Shown: positions 18,909 to 26,997, numbered from the stretch's first letter. The stretch is 53,593 nucleotides of DNA from a virus (IMGVR_UViG_3300031450_000204:1-53593), one strand, 5' to 3'. Translations and numbers: made by a program. Notes: generated from the sequence alone by a model not told the origin.

Positions 18909-20096
18909 ATGGCCCTGTCGATCCAGGAGTCCGACGGCCGGTGGCTGGTCCTGCGCGACGGGGAGCGGCTGTCCGTCCACGACGATGAGATGGCAGCGTT
19001 CACCGCCCTGCGCACCGCACGCGAGCCTGTCGTCGATCCGCTGACCGCAGGGGCCTACCCAGCACCGGTCCGCCCCCCGGCCGGCTGGTTCGCTGATCCC
19101 CAGTTCGATGACAGCACCACCACCGAACACCCCGACTACCCCGGCGTCCGTGGTCGCAGCCTGACAATCCACGACGACGGCCGGGTCTTCGGCCACCTCG
19201 CGCTCTGGGACGTGCCGCACACCGGCTTCCAAGGCGAGAAGATCTACGCCCCGAAGTCGAAGACGAACTACGCCAAGTTCCGCGAGGGGCACGTCGTCAC
19301 CGACGACGGGAAGCAGATCGCTACCGGGCCGATCACCGCCGGGACGGGGCATGCATCGGTTGACCCGCGGAACCCGATCACCGCGACGCAGGCCGTCCGG
19401 CATTACGACGACTCGGGGATCGCCGTCGCCGACGTGGCCGCAGGCGAGGACCGGTACGGCATCTGGGTCGCGGGCACCGTCCGGCCGGGTGTCACCGACG
19501 AGCAGGTCGAAGGCCTGCGCCGTTCCCGGGGCCTGTCGGGTGACTGGCGCGACTACGGCGGCAAACTGGAGCTGATCGCTGCGTTGGCTGTGAACGTGAC
19601 AGGTTTCCCGGTGCCTCAGTACGCCCTCGCCGCCTCGGGTGCTGCCGTATGGGATGGTGACCGGCCGCTCGCCCTCGTCGCCGCCGGCGCCGCGCCGCTG
19701 CTGGCGATGGCGTCGGAGCCGTGGGCGCAGCCGATGGACGAGCTCCGCCGGGACAACGCGTCGCTGCGGGAGACCGTGACGGCGATGCGGGAGCAGCTAG
19801 CGGTCTACCTGCCGGTGCTGCGGCCGATGGTCGCCTCCGCGCAGATCGCCCGCGGTCGGGACGCTGTCACCGCGGCAGCGAAGCCCTACGGCGACGTGAC
19901 CTACGCCGACACCGGGATGCAAGCCGACAAGAAGGCCCGCTACCCGCTGGACACCAAGGAGCACGTCCGGGCGGCCTGGGCCTACGTCAACCAGCAGGCG
20001 AACGCCGCGAAGTACACCGCCCCGCAGCTCGCGACGATCAAGGGCCGGATCAAGGCGGCGGCGAAGAAGTTCAGCGTCGACATCGCGGCCGGCTGA
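18909..20096 (+). CDS. Capsid maturation protease with C-terminal DUF6582-like domain
   Basis: PPAGWF.DP, DDGRVFGHLA.W, HYD, ADV.AGED.YGIW.AG, LSGDWR, LAVN.GFP; tail KPYGDVTYAD..RYPLD..H.RAAW.Y. Confidence 0.85.
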   Translation: MALSIQESDGRWLVLRDGERLSVHDDEMAAFTALRTAREPVVDPLTAGAYPAPVRPPAGWFADPQFDDSTTTEHPDYPGVRGRSLTIHDDGRVFGHLALWDVPHTGFQGEKIYAPKSKTNYAKFREGHVVTDDGKQIATGPITAGTGHASVDPRNPITATQAVRHYDDSGIAVADVAAGEDRYGIWVAGTVRPGVTDEQVEGLRRSRGLSGDWRDYGGKLELIAALAVNVTGFPVPQYALAASGAAVWDGDRPLALVAAGAAPLLAMASEPWAQPMDELRRDNASLRETVTAMREQLAVYLPVLRPMVASAQIARGRDAVTAAAKPYGDVTYADTGMQADKKARYPLDTKEHVRAAWAYVNQQANAAKYTAPQLATIKGRIKAAAKKFSVDIAAG

Positions 20097-20284
20097 TGAC
20101 CCGCCGTCTGCTGGCCCGCCTGGTCAACGTGCTGGTGTTCACGTTCGTCACCCGCGACGAGCTGACCCGCGCCGGCCGCTGGATCTACCGCACAGCGCCG
20201 GTGAAGGCGTTGACGTTGGCTGAGGCCCGTGGCTACCGCAAGGGCTACCACGTCGCCTGCGATAACATGACCCTCGCCAAGTGA
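20096..20284 (+). CDS. Small hypothetical protein
   Basis: TGATG junction. Confidence 0.45.
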   Translation: MTRRLLARLVNVLVFTFVTRDELTRAGRWIYRTAPVKALTLAEARGYRKGYHVACDNMTLAK

Positions 20285-20712
20285 TCCGCCGTCCGCGCCA
20301 CGCCGAGACGCACAAGTCGCCGACGAACCAGGCTGTCTACGCTGCGGCGACCCGCGGTGAGCGGGCAGCGGACCGGACGACGGCAGCGTTCGGGTCGTGG
20401 CAGTTCATCGCCATCCAGACAGCGCTCATCCTCGTCTGGATCGTCTACAACGTCGCCGTCGCAACCGGGGCACTGCAGTTCGACCCGTACCCGTTCATTC
20501 TGCTCAACCTGTTCTTCTCCACCCAGGCGGCTTATGCGGCGCCGCTGATCCTGCTGTCGCAGAACCGGTCAGCTGAACGGGACCGGGTCCACGCCGAAGC
20601 TTCCTACGCCGAAGGCCGTGAGGTGCACCGGCTCGTCGAGGGGCAGCAGACGATCCTGACGGCGATTCACGCGGCGACTGTCGGCCGTGGCGACGGTCCG
20701 CCGCCGATCTAG
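20281..20712 (+). CDS. DUF1003 membrane protein
   Basis: GSW.FI...FDPYPFILLNL..S.QAAYAAPLILLSQNR...RDR. Confidence 0.9.
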   Translation: MIRRPRHAETHKSPTNQAVYAAATRGERAADRTTAAFGSWQFIAIQTALILVWIVYNVAVATGALQFDPYPFILLNLFFSTQAAYAAPLILLSQNRSAERDRVHAEASYAEGREVHRLVEGQQTILTAIHAATVGRGDGPPPI

Positions 20713-20725
20713 TTGGTGGCATGCG

Positions 20726-20908
20726 ATGACCACGGCTGAACGCTTCGGGGTCGCGACCATCGACCGCTGGCTCGCCGACGAGCTTAGGTATCTCGGTCTC
20801 GCCCGCCGTGTCCGCACTCACCGCGACGAGGCTGTCGAGTGCGCCTGGCTGTCGATCGACCGGCTGCTCGACATGCGCAACGCCGCTGTCCGGATGAGGA
20901 TGCCGTGA
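20726..20908 (+). CDS. Small hypothetical protein
   Basis: IDRLLDMR motif; coupled to next gene. Confidence 0.5.
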   Translation: MTTAERFGVATIDRWLADELRYLGLARRVRTHRDEAVECAWLSIDRLLDMRNAAVRMRMP

Positions 20909-21057
20909 GGGTCACAGCGTTGTACGTCATCTACTGCCTGCTCGCCGTCGGCAACATCGTGGGCTTAGTCCAAGCGGTTCGCTACGGGGAATTCGGCTGG
21001 GGCGCCCTCGCTGTCACCGGACTAGCCGCATGCGGCTACATGCTGGTCTTCGGGTGA
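20905..21057 (+). CDS. Small two-TM membrane protein
   Basis: Two hydrophobic helices. Confidence 0.5.
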   Translation: MRVTALYVIYCLLAVGNIVGLVQAVRYGEFGWGALAVTGLAACGYMLVFG

Positions 21058-21188
21058 AGGTCTACATCGCGCTCGTCACCTGCGGCTGCTGCCACCTGCA
21101 GCTGACCTTGCGCCACGCCTGGCTCGCCGACGGCGGGTTCGACCGCCGGGTGATGCGGCTGCACCTGCGTCTGTGCGACGGCTGACTG

Positions 21189-21338
21189 TTAGAGCCGGCG
21201 CCACGCCTGGTTGTACGGCCGGAGCAGGCTGCGGGTGACCGTGCGGCGGGCTAGCCGTTTCGGCAGCGTGCCGCGCTTGAGCGCGTCGTAGTCGCCCATG
21301 GTCCTAGAGCTGAGGTACAGCAGCCTGCGAAGGCTCAT
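21189..21338 (-). CDS. Small basic protein (49 aa), last gene of the RAMP cassette
   Basis: AGGAGGAG RBS, ATGA overlap; MSLRRLLYLSSRTMGDYDALKRGTLPKRLARR... Confidence 0.65.
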   Translation of the reverse strand: MSLRRLLYLSSRTMGDYDALKRGTLPKRLARRTVTRSLLRPYNQAWRRL

Positions 21339-21514
21339 CGCTCTCCTCCTGTGAGTAGCCGGTCGATCTCCGACCGGGGGATACGGATCTTGCGTCCGAC
21401 GTGGACCGCGTGCAGGTCACCCCGCTTGACCATGTCGTAGATCGTCCACTTGGCAACCCGCAGCGCGGCGGCAACCTCGTCGACGGTCAGGACCAGCGGT
21501 AGGTGGTCAGTCAC
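21335..21514 (-). CDS. Excisionase-like HTH DNA-binding protein (59 aa)
   Basis: LTVDEVAAALRVAKWTIYDMVKRGDLHAVHVGRKIRIPRSEIDRLL; not in the ORF track, read manually. Confidence 0.85.
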   Translation of the reverse strand: MTDHLPLVLTVDEVAAALRVAKWTIYDMVKRGDLHAVHVGRKIRIPRSEIDRLLTGGER

Positions 21515-22082
21515 CGGACGGTTCCGAGTTAGTGGCAGGCAGCAGCTTCATCAGTTGCTCCAGCCGCTCCAAGCGCTCCGCGTGCTCCTCCGACGTCATC
21601 TCGACAGTCTCGGTCCGCGCGGTGATCGCCGCGACCTTCTCGGCGAGTTTCTTGTTCCTGACGTCGAGCCGCTGAACCATGTCGCTCTGCATCTGGAAGG
21701 CGTAGGCGACGACCTCGAACGCCTTCCGGGTCTCGACGTCGATCTGGTTGAAGTCGACGTTTACGACCTTCGACCGGCCGCGCTTGAGCGCGTGACCTGC
21801 CCTGCGCTGCTGCGCCCGGGCGAGCCCCAGGTGCTCCTTGGCTTGCACCACCCGGTAGCCGACGTTCATGATCGGTTCGATGGCGCGGCGGTCGACCTCC
21901 TCGTGTTCCTTCGCGGCGCGGCGCATCGCCATCTGGATGCCGTGCCGGTCGTCGGCCGGGTCGAGTTCAAGCGCCTCACCGAGCGACTCGTAGGTGAGGA
22001 CGCCGTCGACGGGGGTCCGGTTCAGCAGCTCGTAGACGACGCGCCAGCGGGCCTTGTCTCCGACCGGCTGGAAGGGGCTCAC
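21507..22082 (-). CDS. Accessory protein of the RAMP cassette (winged-HTH-like N-terminus, coiled-coil C-terminus)
   Basis: GTGA-coupled to the RAMP gene; VLTYESLGEAL...AMRRA...NVGYRVV. Confidence 0.75.
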   Translation of the reverse strand: MSPFQPVGDKARWRVVYELLNRTPVDGVLTYESLGEALELDPADDRHGIQMAMRRAAKEHEEVDRRAIEPIMNVGYRVVQAKEHLGLARAQQRRAGHALKRGRSKVVNVDFNQIDVETRKAFEVVAYAFQMQSDMVQRLDVRNKKLAEKVAAITARTETVEMTSEEHAERLERLEQLMKLLPATNSEPSGD

Positions 22083-22669
22083 CGGCCGGCCGGCTCAAGG
22101 GTGACGGTGAACCGGCCGTACCGAGGACGCCAGTCGCCGATGGCGGTGTAGCGGCCGGCGTCGTCGGCGATGGTTCGGAGGTCTTCGAGGTTCAGCTCGT
22201 GGGTGTCGAGCGCGAGCGTGGCCTGGCATGCCCACTGCCGGAAGATCGGCCGGGTCCGCATGATCTTCGAGCTTTTGGACGCGCTGGGGTTGCCGTTCGC
22301 GACGGCCCGGTGCACAAAGTTCGCGTCGGCATAGAGTTCCTCGGCGGTGCGTGGACCCTTGTAGGCGAGGAGGTTCTGGTCCGTGGGTACGAGCACCGAG
22401 CGTTTGACGAGTGCCCCCTTGTTCTGTCGTCCGCCGGCCATCGCCAGGCAGGACAGGATGTTCGCCCCGGGCAGGTAGGGACCTTCGGGGCCGATGTACA
22501 GCCCGGCGAAGAACTCGATCCGCGCCATCACCTCGTGGTCGGCGTCGGTCTTCTTCCTCTTGCCCTTGACCTCGTTGAACGACTGGCTCCAGGTGTTCAG
22601 CGGATCGACCATCTGGCTGTTGTGCATCAACAGCTCCGAGGTCCCCGTCATGGTCATGATCAGGTCCAT
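22079..22669 (-). CDS. Stand-alone RAMP/Cas7-like RNA-binding protein (196 aa)
   Basis: GGAGG RBS; RAMP-like pattern MTGTSELLMH (beta1), PYLPGANILSCL (P.IPG..KG.R equivalent), C-terminal G-loop AIGDWRPRYGRFTV. Confidence 0.75.
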   Translation of the reverse strand: MDLIMTMTGTSELLMHNSQMVDPLNTWSQSFNEVKGKRKKTDADHEVMARIEFFAGLYIGPEGPYLPGANILSCLAMAGGRQNKGALVKRSVLVPTDQNLLAYKGPRTAEELYADANFVHRAVANGNPSASKSSKIMRTRPIFRQWACQATLALDTHELNLEDLRTIADDAGRYTAIGDWRPRYGRFTVTLEPAGR

Positions 22670-22698
22670 CTTTGTTCCTCCACGTTTGGTTGGAACCC

Positions 22699-22743
22699 AC
22701 GCCTGGCCTAGCCGCGCCCCGCCACGCCCCGCCTTGCCGTGCC
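22699..22743 (-). ncRNA. GGC-NN pentamer array 2 (9 units), putative guide RNA in the leader of the RAMP gene
   Basis: Minus strand: GGCac GGCaa GGCgg GGCgt GGCgg GGCgc GGCta GGCca GGCgt, then GGG. Confidence 0.75.
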
Positions 22744-22754
22744 CTGCAATAGAC

Positions 22755-22783
22755 ACCATAGCGTCTCGCGTCGTATGTGACAA
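22755..22783 (-). promoter_or_regulatory. Sigma70-type promoter TTGTCA-N17-TATGGT with operator-like motif (22763-22781) over the spacer and -35
   Basis: -35 at 22778-22783, -10 at 22755-22760; predicted start a few nt before array 2. Confidence 0.75.
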
Positions 22784-22802
22784 GTAACGCGGTGGACAGC
22801 AT

Positions 22803-22836
22803 GAAGGCCCGGCCGGATTTCTCCGGCCGGGCCTTC
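22803..22836 (-). terminator. Perfect 15-bp stem with GAAA tetraloop at the 3' end of array 1
   Basis: GAAGGCCCGGCCGGA-GAAA-TCCGGCCGGGCCTTC; no U-tract. Confidence 0.7.
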
Positions 22837-22854
22837 CCACGCCTTGCCCTTCCC

Positions 22855-22924
22855 ACGCCTTGCCCTGCCCAGCCTCGCCGTGCCCAGCCTCGCCGTGCCC
22901 AGCCTCGCCGTGCCACGCCGCGCC
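22855..22924 (-). ncRNA. GGC-NN pentamer array 1 (14 units), putative guide RNA
   Basis: Minus-strand NN = gc gt ac ga tg ac ga tg ac ga tg ag aa gt; TAGCGT -10-like box at 22934-22939 upstream, hairpin downstream. Confidence 0.75.
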
Positions 22925-22965
22925 GAGGTGCTCACGCTAGACCCGACACGCCGACCGCGTCTACG

Positions 22966-22984
22966 GTCCTGCGCAACAGGCGAC
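22966..22984. promoter_or_regulatory. 19-bp operator-like motif GTCCTGCG-CAA-CAGGCGAC between array 1 and the capsid gene
   Basis: Motif family match; TACTGT -10-like box downstream on +. Confidence 0.6.
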
Positions 22985-23112
22985 GGGATGCGCTACTGTC
23001 CGTCGTAGATCGAGCAGCCGGCCCTTCGAGGGTCTGGCCGCCGGGACGGGCTGTAGAGCCGCCGGGGCGCTCCACCACCCCCGCATTCTCTCGCCTGTCC
23101 CGGAGGATCATC

Positions 23113-25074
23113 ATGGCTGAGCAGACCCCCGACCGGCTGACCCGCATCAACGACCTGTCCGGTCGGATCGGTGAGCTGACCGCCGACGAGCTTGCCGAAC
23201 TCGGCAACCTGCTCGCCGACGAGATCGACGCCGCCGCCTCAGCGGAGCCGACCGACGAGATCCTCGGTCACATCAACACCGTCGCCGACGCCGCGGAGCA
23301 GGTCGCCGCCGAACGGACCCGCCGTGACGAGGTCGCCGCCGAGCAGACCGCGCGACGGGACGAGGCGCTCGGCCGGGCGCAGGCCGCCCGGGAGCGGATC
23401 GCCCCCCCGGCGGCCGCCGTCGAGCAGGCACCTGAGGCGCGGGCCGAGGGTGACCCGGCCCCAGCGGAGACTGCCGAGCAGCGTGAGGCCGTCGCTGCAT
23501 CCGCCAAGCCCAAGCCGATCCGGATCTCCCAAGTCGTCGCCTCAGCCGCCGGCCGCCGCGACCCCGAGCGGGAGCGCCCCGACGACCCCCAGTCCGACGG
23601 CCGGGTCCGCGCGTCGCTCACCGCAGGCGGCACCCCCACCGGGCCGGCACTCGACGCGCAGACCTTCACCGAGTCGTGGGCGCAGCGCCTCGACAGCCTG
23701 CGGCACACCCCACCCTCATCCGACGGCACCCGCGTCGTCGTCGCGTCCGCCCGCTGGGACTACCCCGAGGCCAACGACCTGCGCCACCGCGACGCCGACA
23801 TGGTCACCGAGCGGATGGACAACGTCGTCACCCCGATGGTCGCCTCAGGCGGCATCTGCCGCCCGGTGAACGTGGACTACGCCATTCCGACCTGGGCCAA
23901 CCTGGAGCGTCCCGTCCGGGACAGCCTGCCGTCGTTCCAGGCGACCCGCGGTGGAATCCACTACGTCGTCCCGACCCCGTTCGACATGAGCGTGTTCGGC
24001 CCGGCGGTGGGGATCTGGACCAACGCCAATGACATCAACCCCGGCGGCCCGGGGACCGGCGTCAACAGCACCCGGACCGTCACCGACGGGGTCACTGTCG
24101 TCGGCACGACCCTCACGTCGGCTACCGCCGCGTTCACCTTCGCCGACGTCGGCCGGTCAGTCGCCGGTGGTTCGATCCCTGCTGGCGCGACCATCGTCTC
24201 GGTGCAGTCCGGCACTTCGGTCACCCTGTCGGCTGCCGGGGCCGCCGCCGCGACTGGGGTCACCGTCGCGATCTCCGGTGTCGGTACCGGCCCGACGGTC
24301 AAGCCCTGCATCGAGATGAACTGCGGCACCGAGATGGAGGTGCTGGTCGAGGCCATCACCCAGTGCGTCACCATCAGCAACTTCCGGGCCCGGTTCAACC
24401 CCGAGCAGGTCGCCAACTTCCTGCAGTACGTGGGGCAGGCATGGGCCGTCACCGCCGAGATCGAACTGCTCCGGCAGATGCGCGCGTTCGCCAAGCACGT
24501 GTCCGGGACGCAGCTGTTCGGCTTCGCCCGCGACTCCTTGGTCACCCTCTCGCTGATCAACGCCTACTTCCGGGACAAGTACCGGATGTCGCAGAACACG
24601 ATGCTCCGCGTCGTGCTCAAGCGGTGGGTGAAGGACGCGGTCCGTGCCGACCTGACGAAGGCCGCGTTCCCCTACGAGGGCGGCGACGGCTACAACAGCC
24701 TGTCGGTGCCGGACGCGGCGATCAACCAGTGGTTCGCCGACCGGAACATGGTCGTCACCTGGGCGTTGGACAGCGACGTTGCCGACCAGAACTTCACCAA
24801 CCAGGCACCGGGCACCGTCGCCAACCCGGCGACGCTGGTCGGCTTCCCGGCGGTGACCCGGATGCTGGTCTACCCGGAGGGGACCTACCAGTTCCTCGAC
24901 GGCGGCCAGCTTGACCTCGGTGTCGTCCGCGACTCGACGCTGAACGCGGTCAACAAGTTCCAGATCTTCTCCGAGTCCTTCGAGGGTGTCGCGCCCCGCG
25001 GCTTTGAAGCCCTCGACTTCTCTGCCGTGTTCCGGGTCAACGGCGCCGCAGCCGGCACCGTCGCCCCCGCCTAA
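23113..25074 (+). CDS. Major capsid protein (hexamer type) with fused N-terminal scaffold-like coiled coil
   Basis: GGAGG RBS; ASGGIC.P...Y, PVRDSLP.FQATRGGI, FNPE, GG.LDLGVVRDS.LN..N.F..F.E.FE. Confidence 0.88.
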   Translation: MAEQTPDRLTRINDLSGRIGELTADELAELGNLLADEIDAAASAEPTDEILGHINTVADAAEQVAAERTRRDEVAAEQTARRDEALGRAQAARERIAPPAAAVEQAPEARAEGDPAPAETAEQREAVAASAKPKPIRISQVVASAAGRRDPERERPDDPQSDGRVRASLTAGGTPTGPALDAQTFTESWAQRLDSLRHTPPSSDGTRVVVASARWDYPEANDLRHRDADMVTERMDNVVTPMVASGGICRPVNVDYAIPTWANLERPVRDSLPSFQATRGGIHYVVPTPFDMSVFGPAVGIWTNANDINPGGPGTGVNSTRTVTDGVTVVGTTLTSATAAFTFADVGRSVAGGSIPAGATIVSVQSGTSVTLSAAGAAAATGVTVAISGVGTGPTVKPCIEMNCGTEMEVLVEAITQCVTISNFRARFNPEQVANFLQYVGQAWAVTAEIELLRQMRAFAKHVSGTQLFGFARDSLVTLSLINAYFRDKYRMSQNTMLRVVLKRWVKDAVRADLTKAAFPYEGGDGYNSLSVPDAAINQWFADRNMVVTWALDSDVADQNFTNQAPGTVANPATLVGFPAVTRMLVYPEGTYQFLDGGQLDLGVVRDSTLNAVNKFQIFSESFEGVAPRGFEALDFSAVFRVNGAAAGTVAPA

Positions 25075-25133
25075 CCCCGACCGGTGACCCCTACAGGTGA
25101 GCAGCGAACGCGGACGGGAGGTGTGAGCAGGCC

Positions 25134-26084
25134 ATGCTGACGACAGTCGCCCCCCCTGCCCTACAGCCGCCCCCGCTGTCGCTGCTGACCTGCTCCTACA
25201 CCCCGCAGGCCGAGGTCGACCTCGACGGCCGGCCGCTGGGTGAGCGGTGGGGCGCCGGGTTCACCTGGACGCCGCCGCCGTGCGGCACGATCCGCGGCTA
25301 CAGCGACTGCGGCCCCCAGCATGTCGTCGTCTACCGCAACCACGGCGCCGCGGGGCAGCGTTACCACCAGCCGGTCGTCCTCGACGCCGAATACCAGTGC
25401 TCCACCCTCGGCATGGCCTGGGACTTCTACTCCGGTCAGGCAGTCGCGCAGCTCATCGCCTGCGAACCCGCCGCGGCCGAGCAGGAACTGTGGGACGGCA
25501 CCCTCGCCCGCGCCGCGACCGGGATCGGCGGGTTCACCGGTTCCGACGGCACCCACAAAGGCGGCTACGACGCCAACCTGTGGCTGACCAAGTTCCAGGT
25601 CGCGACCGACGTCACCACCGTCCCCGGGACGCCGGTGTCGGTACGCAAGGGGCTGGAGCTGCTCGAGCAGTTCCTCGCCGGTTCGGGTTGCGGCAACGCC
25701 GGTGTGATCCACCTGATGCCCGAGCATGTGCCGCAGGTCGGTTTGTACGGCGCGAACCTGACCGGCACGGGGCGGCTCGTTTCCGGCCGGGGGACGACGA
25801 TCAACCCGGGTGTCGGCTACACCGGCAACGGCCCGGCGACCGCAGCGGGTGGGCCGCCGGTGGTGCCGCCGGCTGGTGCGGCGTGGGCGTTCGCCACCGG
25901 CCGGACCACCTACCGCAACTCGCCGATCGTTCTCATCCCCGGCACCGACGTGTCCCCCGCCGAAGCGGTCGCGCAGGCGACTAACCGGTCGACGAACACC
26001 GTCACAGTCCGAGCCCAGCGCGCGTCCGCCGGGACGTGGGACTCGTGCTACGTCGGTGCCTGCCTGCTCGCCCTGGACGCCTGA
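25134..26084 (+). CDS. Second capsid protein (pentamer type)
   Basis: Follows the hexamer-type capsid gene; W..GF, E.ELW, LE..L...G.IH, G.GY, WAFATG, N.V.V.A.R. Confidence 0.7.
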   Translation: MLTTVAPPALQPPPLSLLTCSYTPQAEVDLDGRPLGERWGAGFTWTPPPCGTIRGYSDCGPQHVVVYRNHGAAGQRYHQPVVLDAEYQCSTLGMAWDFYSGQAVAQLIACEPAAAEQELWDGTLARAATGIGGFTGSDGTHKGGYDANLWLTKFQVATDVTTVPGTPVSVRKGLELLEQFLAGSGCGNAGVIHLMPEHVPQVGLYGANLTGTGRLVSGRGTTINPGVGYTGNGPATAAGGPPVVPPAGAAWAFATGRTTYRNSPIVLIPGTDVSPAEAVAQATNRSTNTVTVRAQRASAGTWDSCYVGACLLALDA

Positions 26085-26127
26085 TGACCTTCCCCGTTCC
26101 CGTACCGCCCGAGCAAGGAGTTTGACC

Positions 26128-26997
26128 ATGGCTACTGCACCTCTGCGCGGCGGTTCCGTTCAGGGTGACGCGATCCGCGTCACCGCCCTCGACGTCAACG
26201 GCGCCCCCGCCTGGGGGACGTCGGCGATGGTGCAGTCCGCGAACCTCGTCAAGTTTGACTTCAAGCCCGACCTGCAGGCCGGTGCCAGCATCGACACGGT
26301 CAACGCCCAGGGCGCGATCTGCAACACGTACCACGGTCGCGACACCCTCAAGCGGTTCACCTCCACGCTGCAGATCTGCGACCTCGACACCGAGATGCTG
26401 GCCCTGCTGACCGGTGAGACGGTCTTCACCGGCGCTGGTGGCGTCGAGGAAGGCATGCAGTCCCTCGGTTACGGCCAGATCGGCGCCCCCTACGGCGTCA
26501 GCATCGAAATCTGGTCCAAGCGGATCGTCGGCGACTACCAGGCCGGCTGGTGGCACTGGGTGTTCCCCCGCGGCTTCTTCGATTCCTTGGACAAGACGAT
26601 CGACAACGCGGCGATGGCCGTCAACCTCAACGGCTGGATGAACGAGAACCCCAACTGGGGCAGCGGGCCGAAGGGTGACTTCACCCACGACACGTCCAAG
26701 TTCTGGCAGTACATGGTCGCCGCCGCGCTGCCGGCGCCGCTGCAGGACGGCTACCAGCCGATCGCCGCCCCGGCGTTCGTCGGCCGGACCGTCACCGATG
26801 GTGTGACCACCATCAGCACCCCGGGGGTCACGTCCGCGACTGCGAACTTCTCCAGCCTCGACGTCGGTCATCACATCACCGGTACCGGCATCCCCGTCGG
26901 CACCACGATCCTGTCGGTGCAGTCCGCGACGCAGGCCGCGATGTCCGCGAACGCGACCGCTTCCGGTTCGGGTGTGTCGCTGACCCTCGCCGCCTGA
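26128..26997 (+). CDS. Major tail (tube) protein with C-terminal beta domain
   Basis: AAGGAG RBS; G.AIRVT.LD..G.P, NA.G.IC, L.IC..D, SIEIWSK, WVFP, NPNWG.GP. Confidence 0.85.
   Translation: MATAPLRGGSVQGDAIRVTALDVNGAPAWGTSAMVQSANLVKFDFKPDLQAGASIDTVNAQGAICNTYHGRDTLKRFTSTLQICDLDTEMLALLTGETVFTGAGGVEEGMQSLGYGQIGAPYGVSIEIWSKRIVGDYQAGWWHWVFPRGFFDSLDKTIDNAAMAVNLNGWMNENPNWGSGPKGDFTHDTSKFWQYMVAAALPAPLQDGYQPIAAPAFVGRTVTDGVTTISTPGVTSATANFSSLDVGHHITGTGIPVGTTILSVQSATQAAMSANATASGSGVSLTLAA

Noticed and set aside
22699-22924. Canonical CRISPR array next to the Cas7-like gene
   Set aside because: No 25-40-bp repeats with unique spacers; the constant part is 3 nt and the variable part 2 nt
22670-23112. N-terminal extensions in the ORF track (22079..22840 -, 22095..22916 -, 22777..25074 +)
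   Set aside because: They translate the pentamer arrays into low-complexity ARLG/AQPRR peptides; clear GGAGG RBS place real starts at 22669 (-) and 23113 (+)
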